Part shown: in pieces, positions 15,061 through 28,493 of the stretch
Numbering within the stretch: the stretch's first letter is position 1
Layout of the letters: each line of letters begins with the position of its first letter
From: Lama guanicoe
Lineage: Eukaryota
DNA: 64,000 nucleotides
Assembly: GCA_013239625.1 (NCBI GenBank)
Contig: MU053934.1
Location: forward strand, 5,784,399 to 5,848,398
Direction of reading: 5' to 3'
Notes under the pieces: model-generated
What the model was told of the DNA's origin: nothing
The model's database searches: none
Seen by the model: the letters and a program-made list of their open reading frames with translations, nothing else
Position numbers and translations under genes: made by a program

Positions 15061-17237
15061 TCACTTAGTGATTAAGACCTCTGAAGTCAAACCTGGACCA
15101 AACCCAGCCTCCCCACTTCATCTCGCAGAGCCAGTGTTCACGAGGAGGTGGCTGCTGCTGTGGTGGTGATTTTAGGTCTCCCAGACACGGCAGAAACCCC
15201 TCTTTTAAACCCCTTTCAAGTAACCGATCAAACTACATGAGTACTTCAGTGGTGAAGGACACAGCACTCTTCACACAGGCAACATTACGTAGCTGGCGGG
15301 CTCTGCTTGGATGTTGATCTGGACTCTTGCATGCAGAGCACCGAATTCCGGCTTCTGCTTAGGTGATGGGGAATTTATGAGAGGGCTGTGGGGCAGTGTG
15401 CTAGGACAGAAGGAAGAGCTAGAAACAGAGCTGGACCTGTGAATGGATGAGTGGAACCAGGGCACCGCTGCTGGGATCCTCCCCGCTGCTCGTTCACAGA
15501 AGAGCTTCAGGAAAAGCCTGGTTGCTGACGCCTCTCCTGCCCCCTCCTCTTCGCCGGTTTCTGCCACATGAGAGGGACTAACTCCAAGTGCTGATTCCAG
15601 AAATCCCAGCCATGTCAGGTGCCCATCCCTGGACTAATTGGTAGATTAACGTAGAAGAGAGAACCTCATCTTTGGCATGTGGGATGAAAGTTCCCAGAAG
15701 AGTGGGGGTGTCGAGGGACAGATTGAATGAGGTATCTATGTAAAGACGTGCTAGGAAGCCAAAGTGTCTCCTTGTAACATAGATCCAGTTCCTGTGTTGC
15801 CTCATGAAACTGGTGGGCAGAAATCTTCCCTGAAATATTAGTTGAATTACGGGCTGAATGCGTACTGCATGCGCTACAGAGGATACCGCTGAGGTAGACA
15901 AAGTCCCTTCCCTCGAATAGTTCACAGTCTAGTAGGAGATCATCTTAAGGAATGAATGGTGGAAGCTGGTTCTGGAGAGCTTGGCAGGGCCCAGATCTGG
16001 GCTCGATCCTGCAGTGCCCACTCTCTCTTAGATCCCTTCTGACACCTCCTCTTCCTTCTGTCCCTGAAAAGTCTGTTCTCGGGGTTCTGCTCTGTCTGGG
16101 TGACTTCAGCTTCACTCATAGTCACTACAGTGTGCGGGACCCCCAGGTGGGCTCCTGGTGGCTGACTGTGGGCATCCCTTCCCGAATCCACTCTTGGTAA
16201 CCTCATGTTGGTACCCTGCAACTGGCCAGAGTGGTTGCGTTTACACTGCAGAACTTGGGAAATGCTACAAATCAGCTTTTCTCCAGAGAGCCTGTTAGCC
16301 ATTTACCAGCACACCCACTGCATAGCCACTGTCTTCGGGAAAATGACATCCAAATGTGTCCATTGTCCCTCCCTGGCTGTGCGACACTTCGAACTCGACA
16401 CATCAAAAGTGACTGACCTATCATCTTCCCAAAACACAGCCAGCCCTCCCCCTGGGTGAACTCACCTGGTTAATGCACTGCCCCTCTTCCAATTCCTGAA
16501 GCCACAGCCATTCAGAAGGCATTTTTAGCTATTCTCTCCTTCACCTCCGCATCTAAGGGATCTTCAAACTCTTGTTGATTGGTTGTACGCTCCCTACAAC
16601 CCATCCCTCTCCTCCATTCCCACTGCCACTGACGGAGCCCAGGCCCTCTTCCCCGACTGCTCTGTCATTACTCTCCCTGCTACAAACTGAAATGAGTCTT
16701 TAATTTGGTCGGATGCCCTCTCCACTACTTGAGAAATCCACACCTTGTTAGGCGCCGAGTCCACGCCCCACCATGCCCAGTCCTGGCCCCTCCAACCTCC
16801 CTGGCAGCTGGAGCAGGTGGGTTCCCTCACCTCCACCGGGGCCACGCCCACTGTGGCCGTGGGCGGCGCACCCGAGGCCCAGCGCAGACGGCGGAATGAG
16901 TTATGACATCCGGTGTTTATCAGCCTCAGTAGCCAACACCTTCCCAGACTAGTTTTGCGGCATCATGTTGGCTGTGGTCCCAGCGGCGGCCCATTTCCGG
17001 AGCCTGGTTCTCCCGCATCCCCAGTGCTGCTGCGAGCTCGCCAGCGTGCTTTCCGGACCCGCCTTGCTATAACCATCAGCCAGTTCTTTGGTTCTCAGCT
17101 CTCACCACGGTCCCCTCCTGTCCCTACCAGGTGAGCCCACGCCTTTTCCTCCTCATTCTCAAAACATTCCTGAAAGGCCCATCATTTTATTGTAACATCA
17201 TTAACATTTTCCACTCATTTCCTCAGGGCAGTGGGAG

Positions 17238-17345
17238 TGCTGGGTTCAACCCCACGTACCTCCATTAAAAAGCAAATACATAAACCTAATTACCGTCCCT
17301 TCCCCCACCTCCCTGCCAAAAAAAAGTTTGCCAAAAAAAAAAAAA
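17238..17345 (+). mobile_element. 5'-truncated Vic-1-like SINE
   Basis: ctgggttcaaccccacgtacctcc ... taaacctaattacc plus A-rich tail, shared with the full-length copies in this window. Confidence 0.7.
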
Positions 17346-20141
17346 GTTGTTAGACAAAGTCAGTTGCTGGGCTTCTCATCCTCGCTGCCCCCTCAGCTCA
17401 CCGTGGAGACACATGAGACTGTACCTAGCTCCTTGTGTCACAGTCACCTCACTGTTCATTACTTGCCCGCTGTGTGTTGCTGTAAAGATGGGGCTGCTCT
17501 AAGGCTCTGGAGCCCTTCCCTCCCTCCTTGCTTTTGCTTCACCTGAGTTTCCAAGCACCTCCTCTGCTGTCATTAGATCTCGCTTCATTAGAGCCCTGTC
17601 CTCCCAAGTATGCAGCATTATCGGTGTATTTTCATGATCCTTCCTGCTCGGATTTCTCCCTAAGGCCTTCTTGATCCCCAGTACCCTCCCACGGTGAGAG
17701 GTCAAATGAGCTGAGGTTAAAATCCTGGCTCTGCTACCAACACATGAGGTGACTCGGAACAAGGTTCTGAGCCTGGGTTCCTTATCTGTAAAAGAGGCGT
17801 AAGAATAAAAATGGTGTACCTGGGATATCATGAAAAGTAAGAAATGAGGAAGATTAGATTGCCTGCTGACAGTAACATGGAAGAGATCAGAGCTTGGACT
17901 ACAGACAGACAGAGAAAAAGCGGCTCCCAGGCAAGCAGCAACGGACTGTAAGGGGACTGAGGGCGTTAACACATCCAAATCAGTATGTTGACTTCTAAAA
18001 GGGACTGATCCTAGAAACCTAAAACCGGAGCCTCACTGAAGCAAAAGTAGGCAGTGCTCACCCCTGCTTTCTGCAGAAGCAGCAGCCTCCGCCAATAGAC
18101 TGACCACTAACAGCACATTGACAAAGCTAACCTCAGTTTGGAGATCTTAGCCCCGAAAACTTTAAGTATCTGCATCATCTAATTTTAAAGAGCCCACCCA
18201 TGGCTTCCCACTGTACTTAAATAAAATTGAAACTTCTCACCCAGAGCAGCTCATCTCCAAGTGAGCTGACTCCTGCCTTTCTTCCTGATGACATCTCATC
18301 TCCGCTTGGCTGGCTTCTTCAAGTCCCAGAACTCACCTCAACTGTCACCTCCCCAAGGAGAACTTCCCTGCCACCCAGTTCACTCTCTCACAGCAACCCA
18401 TTTCCCTGTCTACGCAGCTTTTAGTGCTATCTAAATTGTCTTGGTCTCTTACATGATTGCTTGTTAACCGTCTGTCTACCCTCCCGGCTCTGAAATTTCA
18501 GGAGAACAAAAACCTCATCTGTTCTTTTTGCCCCTGAATCTCCAGTTCCTACCATGGTGCCTTCCCTGGTTGAATAAATAAACCCAGAAATGAACAAATG
18601 GACTACTCTTGCTTTTATTTTGTTCACGACCACCAAGCCAACTGTCCGATCAGGATTCGGTGGTCCACTGGGAAAGGGTATGAAACTGATGGTGCTGAGG
18701 TATTTTTTTTCTGATTCCTGTGATAGTTGTGGTTCACCCTGAAATTATGTTTGTAGTCTTTTTATACAAGCTTGGTGATTATTGTCGATGTTTATCATGA
18801 TCACGTTTTACTATTCATTGACTGTGAATGATGCGCCAGCCCTAGAACTTTACCATCCACTTAATCTTCACAAAAATAGAATGGAGAAGATTAGTGCTAT
18901 TACTGGCCCATGTTACAGATCAAGAAACGGAGGCTCAGAGAGTTTAAGTGACTGTGTAAGTTCTCACTGTAGGGAATGCAAGAGGCGAAATTTGAATCGG
19001 GGTTGGTCTGACTCCAAACTGGTGTGCTCTTCCATAGGCCCACAGTTGACCCTGACTCTCCCCCTCCCCACCCAGGGGTGCAGCCCACCCTCGCCTGGTC
19101 TTTGGTGATGATGACTTCACCTCACCCTGACCCTTGCAGAAGCCTGCCCGCCCTGAAATGCTGTCATCCAAGACCCAGAGCAGGCATCTTATTTTAAACT
19201 ATACCCAGATATTCCTTTTATAGCTCTTTTTCATTGAAAGACATGACTCTTAGGGAAGAAGGAGCGAAGAGTCCACCTGTTGTCTTTCATTTGATTGTTT
19301 ATTTGCTTTGTTTTGTTTTTTAGAACCCCAGTTCTTAATACATTGAAGGTCAGGGTTGAGGGTACAAACCAATGATAATAATGCTGTCTGTTACATTGGG
19401 ACTGAGAGGAACAGCCACATTCCCTGATTAATTAGCAGGCCGGACATTTGTATCGCCCTTAACTGTTAACAAAGGGCTTTCGTGACGTTATCTCATGTTT
19501 CTTCACACTGGCCCTTGAGAGGCAACTTGGGCCGGTGGAGAGGAGGCAGTCTGTGAGGGAAATAAGCCTGGGTCCCTGATATCTTTTCGAGAACATCCTA
19601 TAATACAGTCATCAGTGTGTCACCTTTCGAGGCTGGCTTCTTTTATTCAACAAAACGCCTCTGTGATTAAACAAGTTGTCCTGTGTATGGACGCTTTGTT
19701 CCATTTTATCCATTTTATCACAGGGATGCGCCACAGTTTGCTCACCTCCTCAAGGACACAGGCTGTTTCCCACGTTTTTGTTGTTTGCTTGCCAGTCCCA
19801 CGCGCTGTGCTTATTAGAAGAGGGTATTACCTCCCTTGCCAGTTGTCATGAGAATGAGACAGAATGCAAGTGAAGTGCCTGGCACAGAGCCGGCGCATAG
19901 TAGGAGCTTAACAGATGGCAGCTATGCCAAGGGGAAGGCTGGTCAGGTGCCTGCAGGCTGGAAGGACAGAGACACACACTGGGAGGTTTGTCTAGTGGAA
20001 AATCATCCTTACCTGTGCAGTCGGCCTGGGGAGACTGCAATGTCTCAACAGAAGCTCACCTGGTTTTCCCTGAGCAGGTCGCCGCTGCTTCTCAGCACCC
20101 AAAGTAGATCCTCCGTTTCTGCTTCCCTTTTCTGGTGCTAC

Positions 20142-20560
20142 TGTCTAAATTCAGATTCCCCCAAAGAAGACGCTGAGACAGGAACTTCATCGTTTATTTT
20201 GGAGGAGATTCCCAGAAGCACGGCAAGGGAGAGGGAAAGTGAGACAGAAAGTGAAAGGGAGAAGGACGTGAGGACACCTCGGGGGCAGCGGGGCTCAGCC
20301 CCGCGGGGAGGAGCCGGCAGAGCCCACGCAGTACCGGGCTCCGGGGTCGGCGGGGGGGTCTCCACCGACTCCCACCGCCCTGGAGGTTTTAAATCGCTGA
20401 CCCTTCTGGGCTGCCCGGCATAAAGGGCTGAGCAAGTCCCCGCAGCTCAAAAAACAAACCACACAAACACACACACACACACACAACAAAACCAAACCAA
20501 AAAACCTCGCAGTCTGAGAAGCAGGGTGACGGGGGCACTGGAGGTGGACACTGCCTGCAG
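20142..20560 (-). mobile_element. ERV-L LTR (LTR33-like)
   Basis: tgtctaaattcagattcccccaaagaagacgctgagacagg ... gggaaagtgagacag; visibly homologous to the LTR starting at 47401. Confidence 0.6.
20461..20485. repeat. (CA)n microsatellite
   Basis: acacaaacacacacacacacacaca. Confidence 0.9.
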
Positions 20561-21927
20561 AGAAGCGTCTCCTTCACCTGCAGGTAAGCGGAGAAGGACC
20601 AAGGGCTATGGGGCAGAGTACCCGCAGCCTCTGCAACCCCAACCACCAGCCGCCTCCTGCCCTCACTGCTTCACGCTCCCGCACCCAGACTTCTGCTTGG
20701 CCTTTCGTCTCCGTGCATCCCTGGGTTTCTGCGTCACTCTGCTGCCCGAGTCTCTGCGTAACTCTTACACTGAACTCGTCCTCGAGAGAAGCTTGGGTGG
20801 CTGGTTGAGTCACCACCTCTACTGGGCAGGCTCTCCCCACTGCCCAGCCTGTCAGGCACTGGCCTCCAAAGCTGGCTGCCTTTGTCGCAGGCTCCGATCT
20901 TCCCTCTGTCCCCGTCTCTGAGGACCAAGGAATAAAACAACAACTTGTTCACAAGAACCATTTCTGACTCTTTCTTCAGAAGGGGCTGCGACGTGACAAC
21001 ACCCCAGTCTCCCAGATTGCTCACCAGTAGGAGTACGATTATCCTCCTTTACAAATGAGGATGTGGAGGCTCAGAGAGTTTAAGGCTCTTGCCTAAGGGC
21101 ACACAGTTAGTTAAAGGCTAGCCTGGACTTGCACATAGTCCCAATCTCTTTACCTCTTACACAAGGAACAAAATCTCAAAGTGTTGAGTGTTATGAGAAT
21201 CTTCCTATTTGGTGGATTATCTCACAATGGAAAGGGATCTGCCCAGGAATCCTCAGACTTTCAGGACTCAGGGTTCCTGGACGGCAGAGCACAGGATGGG
21301 GGTTAGTACTAAACACACAATAAATAACCCCATGCAAGCGTGCCAAACAAACCTGGGTCAGATCAGAGACCAATTTTCCTGAAGTTCTAGTTGAAGCAAG
21401 TGGTAATAGACATGAAAGGTTTCAGAAAAATCTGACCGGCTGCCCTGGATGGGTGAAAGGCGGTGATGTCTAATCCATTTCTACCTCTGTGATGGGAGAC
21501 GGGGGCTTGAGATAATGCCCCAAATTGGAAGAGTGTTTGGAGGCTGGGCAACCAAATGAACAATATTTTCAGGATTGCTGTTTCTCAGCCTCAGTGCTCA
21601 GCGCTATCTGGTTCTTTTCCTCAACATAGTGGCTCAAGTCTCTTCCTCCCTCAGGGGACTTCCTCCCTCACAGAAAGGTTTCTTGAAATGACTGTCCACA
21701 TTCATGGTCCCCACTTTGCCACCATCCCTCCCAGCAGCCTGCCACTTCTCACCCCCCCCACTCCACTGAAACAGCCCATCCAGGTCACCAGGAACTTCTG
21801 GATGACAAGTCAATGTGTCACTTGCAGTCCTGCTCTGCAAGAATTCCAACCTGCACTTTGTGAAACCCTCCACTCTCTCCATTCTCTAGTGATCTGCCTC
21901 TTCTTGTCATGCATTATCTAGTATAAT

Positions 21928-22108
21928 GGGGCAGATTCAAGTTTTATGGGGCTGGAAGCTCATGCATTTGGAGGGGAACCTCTTTAGAAAAATAATACAA
22001 AGTTACATTGAGAAATTACTAGATCCCCTCCTGGGCATTCGAAGGAGCTGCTGCAAGTGAGGGGCCCTGAAGCTGAAACTTCATTAACTTCACAGCAAAT
22101 CCTCCCTG
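21928..22108 (+). mobile_element. MER53-like hAT MITE
   Basis: ggggcagattcaagttttatggggctggaagct ... gcaagtgaggggccctgaagct ... aaatcctccctg matches the recalled MER53 consensus along its length. Confidence 0.8.
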
Positions 22109-23269
22109 AGAACAGACAAATGATTTTATGAATGGTTCTCTACCAATGGACAGGATGGAGTCCCCATCACAAAAGTACTGCCAAGAACATTCTTACTCAC
22201 AACTCTTGTGGACACGTGTGTTTCTCCATGACAGACGGAAAGGACAGGAATTGCCAAGTTCTAGGTCATGGGCGTTTTCATTTTATTGGTGGCATCTCCT
22301 TTGGCTTTCCTGCTCTCTCATCCTCTAGAGCTGACTTATCACCAAGCTCCATCAACTTAACCTCTTAAATACCTGTCACATCCATGCATCTCTGTCCATT
22401 TTACCCCGGCACCATCATCTCTCAGACACTTGCCAACAACTTCCCTGGTTTCCCTGCTCTGCTCTGTCCCCTCCAGTCCATTCTATCAGGATCTTTTATG
22501 ACCCAGATGAATGTTATCATATTTTTTTGTGAGGGTGCTTCTTGCACTGAGAATCACGACCAAAATTCTTCTCGTGGCCCACAAGGCCCTGCCTGGTCTG
22601 GCTGGAGCCACTTTCTCCTTGTGGTACTCGCCCCAGCTCTCCAGCAACGTCACCCTTCAGAGCAAATCTTCCTCATCCTTATTTCCCAGAGGCCTTTTCA
22701 CATGTGGTTCTTTCCATCTTGAAAGTTTCCATCCCCAGCCCACCTCCTTAAGCTACCATATTTAATTTTCTCAAACAAAAATGACCTTTCTTCTCCCCCA
22801 AGTTCAAGTTCAAGCAGAGGTGCCCGAGCCCTACCAGGGTTCAGCCAGATGAACGTTGATGTGCAGTCACAGCCCTCTGCCTGCCACCCTGACCGGTGGG
22901 AGTGAAAGTCTGTGCTCCAAGCCTGCCTCCTCCTTCTTTTCAGAGACGACAGTGGCTAATGCCACGGAAAACAGAAAGTTGCCCCTGCCCTTTGGGAAAA
23001 GGATGTGTTTGTTACTATGCTGAGAAACACGTGCTTTCTTCCTCCCTGCCCAAGACCTGGTATCAACCAAAAAAGAAAATATTCATTGATATGCTCTTCA
23101 CTGCTGCTCCTCCTGGACTTCCTGCCTAATGTAGGATCAGTTACCCTGGGGGAGAATTAGAATGGCTATGTCAGGAATGCATGCCATGCAACTGCCAATA
23201 CCCAGCTCTGGTTTTCAAAATGAGCTCCTGAAGCCCATATCAGAGAAAATAGCCTTCTTTAGTTTATCT

Positions 23270-24230
23270 ATTTATCCAACAAATACTTATTGGGCCTCTA
23301 CTAAGAGCTGAGAGCAGTTGAAGCGGGGTGATACAGCAGTGGAAAAGGTGGAGTTTGGCTCACGCCTCCAAGAACCCATTCCAGTGGAGAGAGAAAGTCA
23401 TCAGATGAATGAGCATAGAACTGATTTACGTCAAGTACACTGATGTATATGAAGGAAAACAGCAGAATAAGAGGCAGGGTGAGGGAGAGGCAGGACGGTC
23501 AGCAAGAAGGTGGCTTTGGAGTGAGAAGCGAGCACCCAGCAAAGGCCCGAGCTGGGGACGGACTTGAGGGTCTGAGTAGAAAAAGGAGGCCAGGGTGGCT
23601 GGGGTGGCACCAGCCAGGGTGAGCCTGGTGGGACAGGAAGGCAGGGAGCAGCCGGATCCTGCAGGACTTACAGTCATGGATTTGGAGTTCTCTTCCAAGA
23701 GTTTTGGGACCCAAAGAAGGGAGTTACCTGCTCTGATGTGTGTTTTGGAAAATGCATTCTGGCTGCTGCGTGAAAATAGACCGTGGGGGCAGACGTGGCA
23801 GCAGGGAGCCGGGCAGGGAGCTGTGCCGGGACCAGCACAGGGCAGCGGTGAGGCTGTGAGCTATGCTGGATATGGGTGGACTTCGAAGCCAGTGCTTTGA
23901 GCCCTTGGTGTTGAATCATATCGAGGAGAGTAAAGCAAATAGAGATTTCTGGGGTGACACCTAGTCTTTCATCCTAAGCAGTAGGGTGAACGATGTGCCA
24001 TTTACTGGGGAAGAGAGGGTTTGCGGGGTCACGCCTTCCATCTGGAAGGGTCTTTTACACATCCAAATGGAGGTGTCCAGCAGACAATCACATGTGCACG
24101 CCAGGCGCTCTACACAGAGGCTGGGGGAGAAGGTATAATGGGGGCGAAGGTATAATGGGGGCTCGTTAATAGACAAGTGTTCCAAGTATGGGGTTGGGCA
24201 GATAACCTATGGAGTGAGTTTCAGTAGAGA
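23270..24230 (-). mobile_element. L2 LINE remnant
   Basis: Begins caacaaatacttattg (reverse complement of the L2 3' end); purine-rich body with acatccaaatggaggtgtccagcagaca. Confidence 0.65.
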
Positions 24231-26258
24231 AGCAGGGGTCCAGGGAACAGAGGACAGGGGCTCATCACACTCCCCACTGCCCCAAGCCCATGTCTCCCAG
24301 GCCACCTTTGTCACCTGGACCCCTAACCTCATGTCACTCTGAACATCCCCTAATCTGCCTCAGTCTCACACTCTTCCTAATCTGCCCAGTGCTCCCACCA
24401 CACCTCAGGACCCACAGCCTGCCGTCAGCAAGACCCTCCCTACCTCCCTCCTCTTCTCTGCTAGTCTGACTCTCCCCTGAGGACACTGCCTCCTCTCAGT
24501 CCTTAAACAGGGGCTGTTTTGTCCTCCAGGCTCCACGTTCCAAAGGGCTGGAGGCGTGTCCTTCATGCTGGTCATTGCCTCTTCCCGGCCACGTCCCTCT
24601 CTCCTTCTGCAGACACCTTCTGTGCACAGGCCTTTAGATGATGCCCTGGCTGGCAAGTCACCCGCCTTCTACCTGGGCCCTTACCTCATCCGCAGGGCTC
24701 ACTGTCTCTCTCTCCACATGTACTCCTTCCCACCTTCATTCTTCATGAATTCTACACCCATGTAGACAATCCATCCAACTCTTATGCTCTCAGTTCTTTG
24801 GCCACTCACTCCCCTCATCATGCCCTGGACCTCGTCATTCGCAAGAACAGCACCACTTCCAGAACCTTCACATCCAACATCCCCTTCAACTACATTTCCT
24901 TCCTTTTGGTCTCCTAATACAACAATTCTCCTTTGTGTTTGGGACCCCTAAGCCACTGGCCCTCCGTCTTTTAACTGGCCATTATCTTTCCCCTCCTCCA
25001 CATTAGCTCCGTGGTCCGTGGTTTGAACCCATTCCTTGCTGAACTGCTGAACGTGGCTGGGGAGAAACACCCCGCATGCTGAGTGTTCTCACTTTGACTT
25101 TAGCACACAAAACTCCAGTCGGGCCTCTGTCCTGCTCAGCAACCACCCCCACCCGAAACGCTGGTCCATTTTTTCTCCCATCTCTCTTAGAGGTAGGGAA
25201 GTCATCAGTTCTAGGCACAGCCTCCTTTTTGGCACTGGTATCCCTGGCACTTTGTCTGGATGGACAGGGGAGGGTGTCGGGGGCAAGGAGACCTGACAGC
25301 TGCCCACCCGTCCTGCTGGGGGAAGTGCCAAGGCAGAGCCAGAGTTCTGAATTGCACTACCTGGGTTTTGAGGCTAGGTGCGGTTAGCCCCTTTAATGGG
25401 GAAGGACGAGATAATTATCCATCAACAGTAGCTTGGAAAGAGAAGAGATAGAGGGTTAGGCTTGGGTGGGAGGAAGAGCCGGGGTTTTGGGTGGAGAAAG
25501 AGAGTCAGGAGGAGTTTGGTGGCGCCTTCCTGATCCAGGAAAAGAGCAGGAGTTGGAATCCTCTCCGGGTGCCTGTCCTCCCCAGGAAGCGGGCCAATGC
25601 CTGGGGCCGTCAGACACACACCCCTGAGTGGGCACAGCTGCCACCTTCCACCTGTGTCCAGGAAGACGGAGCGGTGCGTCCTGCCCTCAGAGGAGAGCCT
25701 CCCATGACGCGCTGCCTGCACGCGGCCCGCTGGCTGCCCAGCTGGCGATGTCTTTCTGCCCTACAGCCTCGCTCGGTCCATCCAAAGCATCCACGTGAAC
25801 GAAGACCTCATCAACAGCCCACGACCCATGTAAGCACTCCCCAAGCATAGAGGGTCCCTGGACACCTAGGGGGCTTAGGGGGCTCGTGGTAGTGAAAAGA
25901 TGCCAGCATTTGTTCACGAGGGACCAGTCCAGAGCTAGCATGGGATTATTCCCCTTTGTGGAGGCCGTGGTGATGCCTACTCCCAAATCCAAGCTCTTAG
26001 GGATCTTGCTTTGTCCCAGGGAGTGAGGTAAGGAGGTAAACAGGCACCAGGTCTATTTAATCACCCCTAAGTGGCAGGGAGCTTTCCAAGCCCTCTCTGT
26101 GTAGAGTGCCTCCCTAACCCTCCCTTGGCTCCATCCTCATGGCCACTTACCTGGCGGTTTATCTTTTCTCCCAGATCCCTGCTCATCAGTCTCCTTGCCT
26201 GGCTTAACACTCCCACTCTGCCCCATCGTTCTAAAACCCAGCCCTAATCACGTCACGC

Positions 26259-26570
26259 CAGGGTTGGCAAACTTCAGCCTGCGGGCCAAACCCAGCCTAC
26301 CACACGTTTTTGTACAGCCCGTGAGCTAAGAATGCGTTTTACATTTTTAAGTGGTTGGAAAGAATTCAAAAGGAGAATACTATTTCATGACATATGAAAA
26401 TTACATGAAATTAGAATTTCAGCCTCCACAAGTAAAGTCTTAATCTTCACATACATGCATAAATACATATAATCTATGGCTTCCAAGGGGCTGCACTGCA
26501 GAGTTGAGAAGTTACAACAGCCTGAAGTACCTACTATGTGGCCCTTTACATATAAAGCTCGATGACCTCT
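26259..26570 (+). mobile_element. MER58-like hAT-Charlie element
   Basis: cagggttggcaaact ... gcgggccaaa ... gagctaagaatg ... tggccctttaca. Confidence 0.8.
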
Positions 26571-27251
26571 CCTTTAGGTTCCCCACTGCCTCCAGAATAA
26601 AATGCACACAGCAAACCTTTTTACATGACCTTCGAAGTCCTCCAGAGCCAGTCACCCAGTTCAACTTCAGGGACATTGAACTGCTGGCAGTTTCACAAAT
26701 TGAGGGGGTTCCTTGCAACCCCTTCTCTGCTTGGCCAACTTTTTGCCATCTTTTCAGGCTCTGCCCTGATGCTACCTCCTCCAGGGTGCCCTCTCTGACC
26801 CTCTCCAGCCTAGGTTAAATGTCACTGCCATGAGTTCCCACAGACCCCTCCGGCAGGTCGCCTGCCTCGGGGCAGGTCCACGGGAGGTCAGCTGCTGCAG
26901 AGAAGCAAAACAAGCTAAGGACTTAGAAGTGCCGGTGAGAGTGAGCAACAAGGAGACTGGTGGGGCCCTGCAGGGAAAGGTTCAGTGGAACGGAGAGTGG
27001 AAGCCAAGATGTTTGGGGGAATCAAGTGGTGTATGAGGAAACTGACGCAGCCGGTGTACACAACCCTTCAGAAAGAGCTGGAAGGGAAAAGGCTAGAAAG
27101 GGACACAAGGTGGAGGAAGGGAGATAGAGACATGACGGTTTTTGCTTGCTCTTGGCAAGAGTCAGAGAGGCCACAGAAAGCCCGATGTGGAGCCACAGGT
27201 GGGATTTGGGATGTGGGGTCCCGCCCAGTGGGGAGCACTGGCCTTAGATAG

Positions 27252-27572
27252 CGTCTTATTCTGCCTGGGCTGCTACAGTAAGACACCATAGACTGGCTAG
27301 TTTATACATAACAAACGTTTCCTCCTCCAGCCCTGGGGGCTGGAAGTCCTGCAGCAGGCTCCGTATCTGGTGCTGCCTCACGTCTTGTGGCAGAAGGGCT
27401 GGGAATCCCTCTGGAGCCTCTTTTATAAGGGTGCGAATCTCACCACGAGGGCTGTGCCCTCATGCCCATGTCACCTCCCAAAGACCTCACCTCCTAAAGC
27501 CAACACATCAGGCGTTAGGATTTATCAGATGAATTTGGGGGCGGGGCGGGTAGAAACTTCCAGACCACAGCA
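27252..27572. mobile_element. MaLR LTR (MLT1A-like)
   Basis: gggctgct...accatagactgg ... cttttataagggtgcgaatc ... cacctcccaaagacctcacctcctaa ... cagaccacagca. Confidence 0.7.
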
Positions 27573-28325
27573 GATGGAAAAAAGACACATCTTCCCTTCG
27601 GGAGGCAATCATGGGTGCAGTCAGGTGGGCGTCGGTGGTGGGATGATGGGAGAATCCTGTCTGAAGGCTTCCGGTTTCTGTGTGTAACAGAAGGTGAGGT
27701 CGAAGGCTAGGGTCTAAAATAACCACTGTGGGGCACGGCAGGGTGAGCTGAGGAGGAGGGCAGGGTCGGCAGTCTGTGGGGCTGGCAGGCCCAGTTTACA
27801 GCTGACGTCCATGAATTCAGTAATAATTGCTGAATGAATGAATAAATGAATGCACGAGTAAGTTGGAAAGATAAATTCCCAGAACTGGGATTGCTGGGTC
27901 AAAATGTAAGCCTGCCCTTTCTTACATCTAGTAGGCTATTGAGTTTTGTACATTAAATTTGTACCTAGATGTCTTGCTGAATTCTCTCTGTGCAGTTGAA
28001 TTTTGTAGGTTTTCTAAAACATAATCATATGACCTGTAAATAATAATTATATCACTTTTCAATCTTTAGACCTCTGTGTTTAATTACACTGGTACAAGTG
28101 CCTCTGGAACAATTACAAATAAAAGTGACGGTAGTAGGTATTCTTACTTCGTCCTAACTTTAGTGAGAAGTTTTTTAGTATCTTATTCTTACAAATTGGC
28201 TTGAGGTATATACGTATGTGTGTGCATGTGCATGTATATGTGAGGCAGGGGGGTGATTATATTTTAAGGATGCATCCTTCCCTTCCACTTGTTGAGGAAT
28301 TTTCTTTTTAAATCAGGGATGGGTT

Positions 28326-28493
28326 GGCGGGGAGGGTACATAGCTCAGTGGCAGAGTACATACCTAGCATGCGTGAGGTCATGGGTTCTATCCACAGTAT
28401 GTCAGATAAATAAAAAATAACACTAATAAATAAATATAATTACCTCCCCTCCAAAAAAATTTTAGATTAAAAAAATTTTAAGAATAATAAAAA
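28326..28493 (+). mobile_element. Full-length Vic-1-like tRNA-derived SINE with 17-bp TSD
   Basis: A-box TAGCTCAGTGG, B-box-like GGTTCTATCC, AT-rich tail; TSD taaatcagggatgggtt at 28309-28325 and 28494-28510. Confidence 0.9.
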
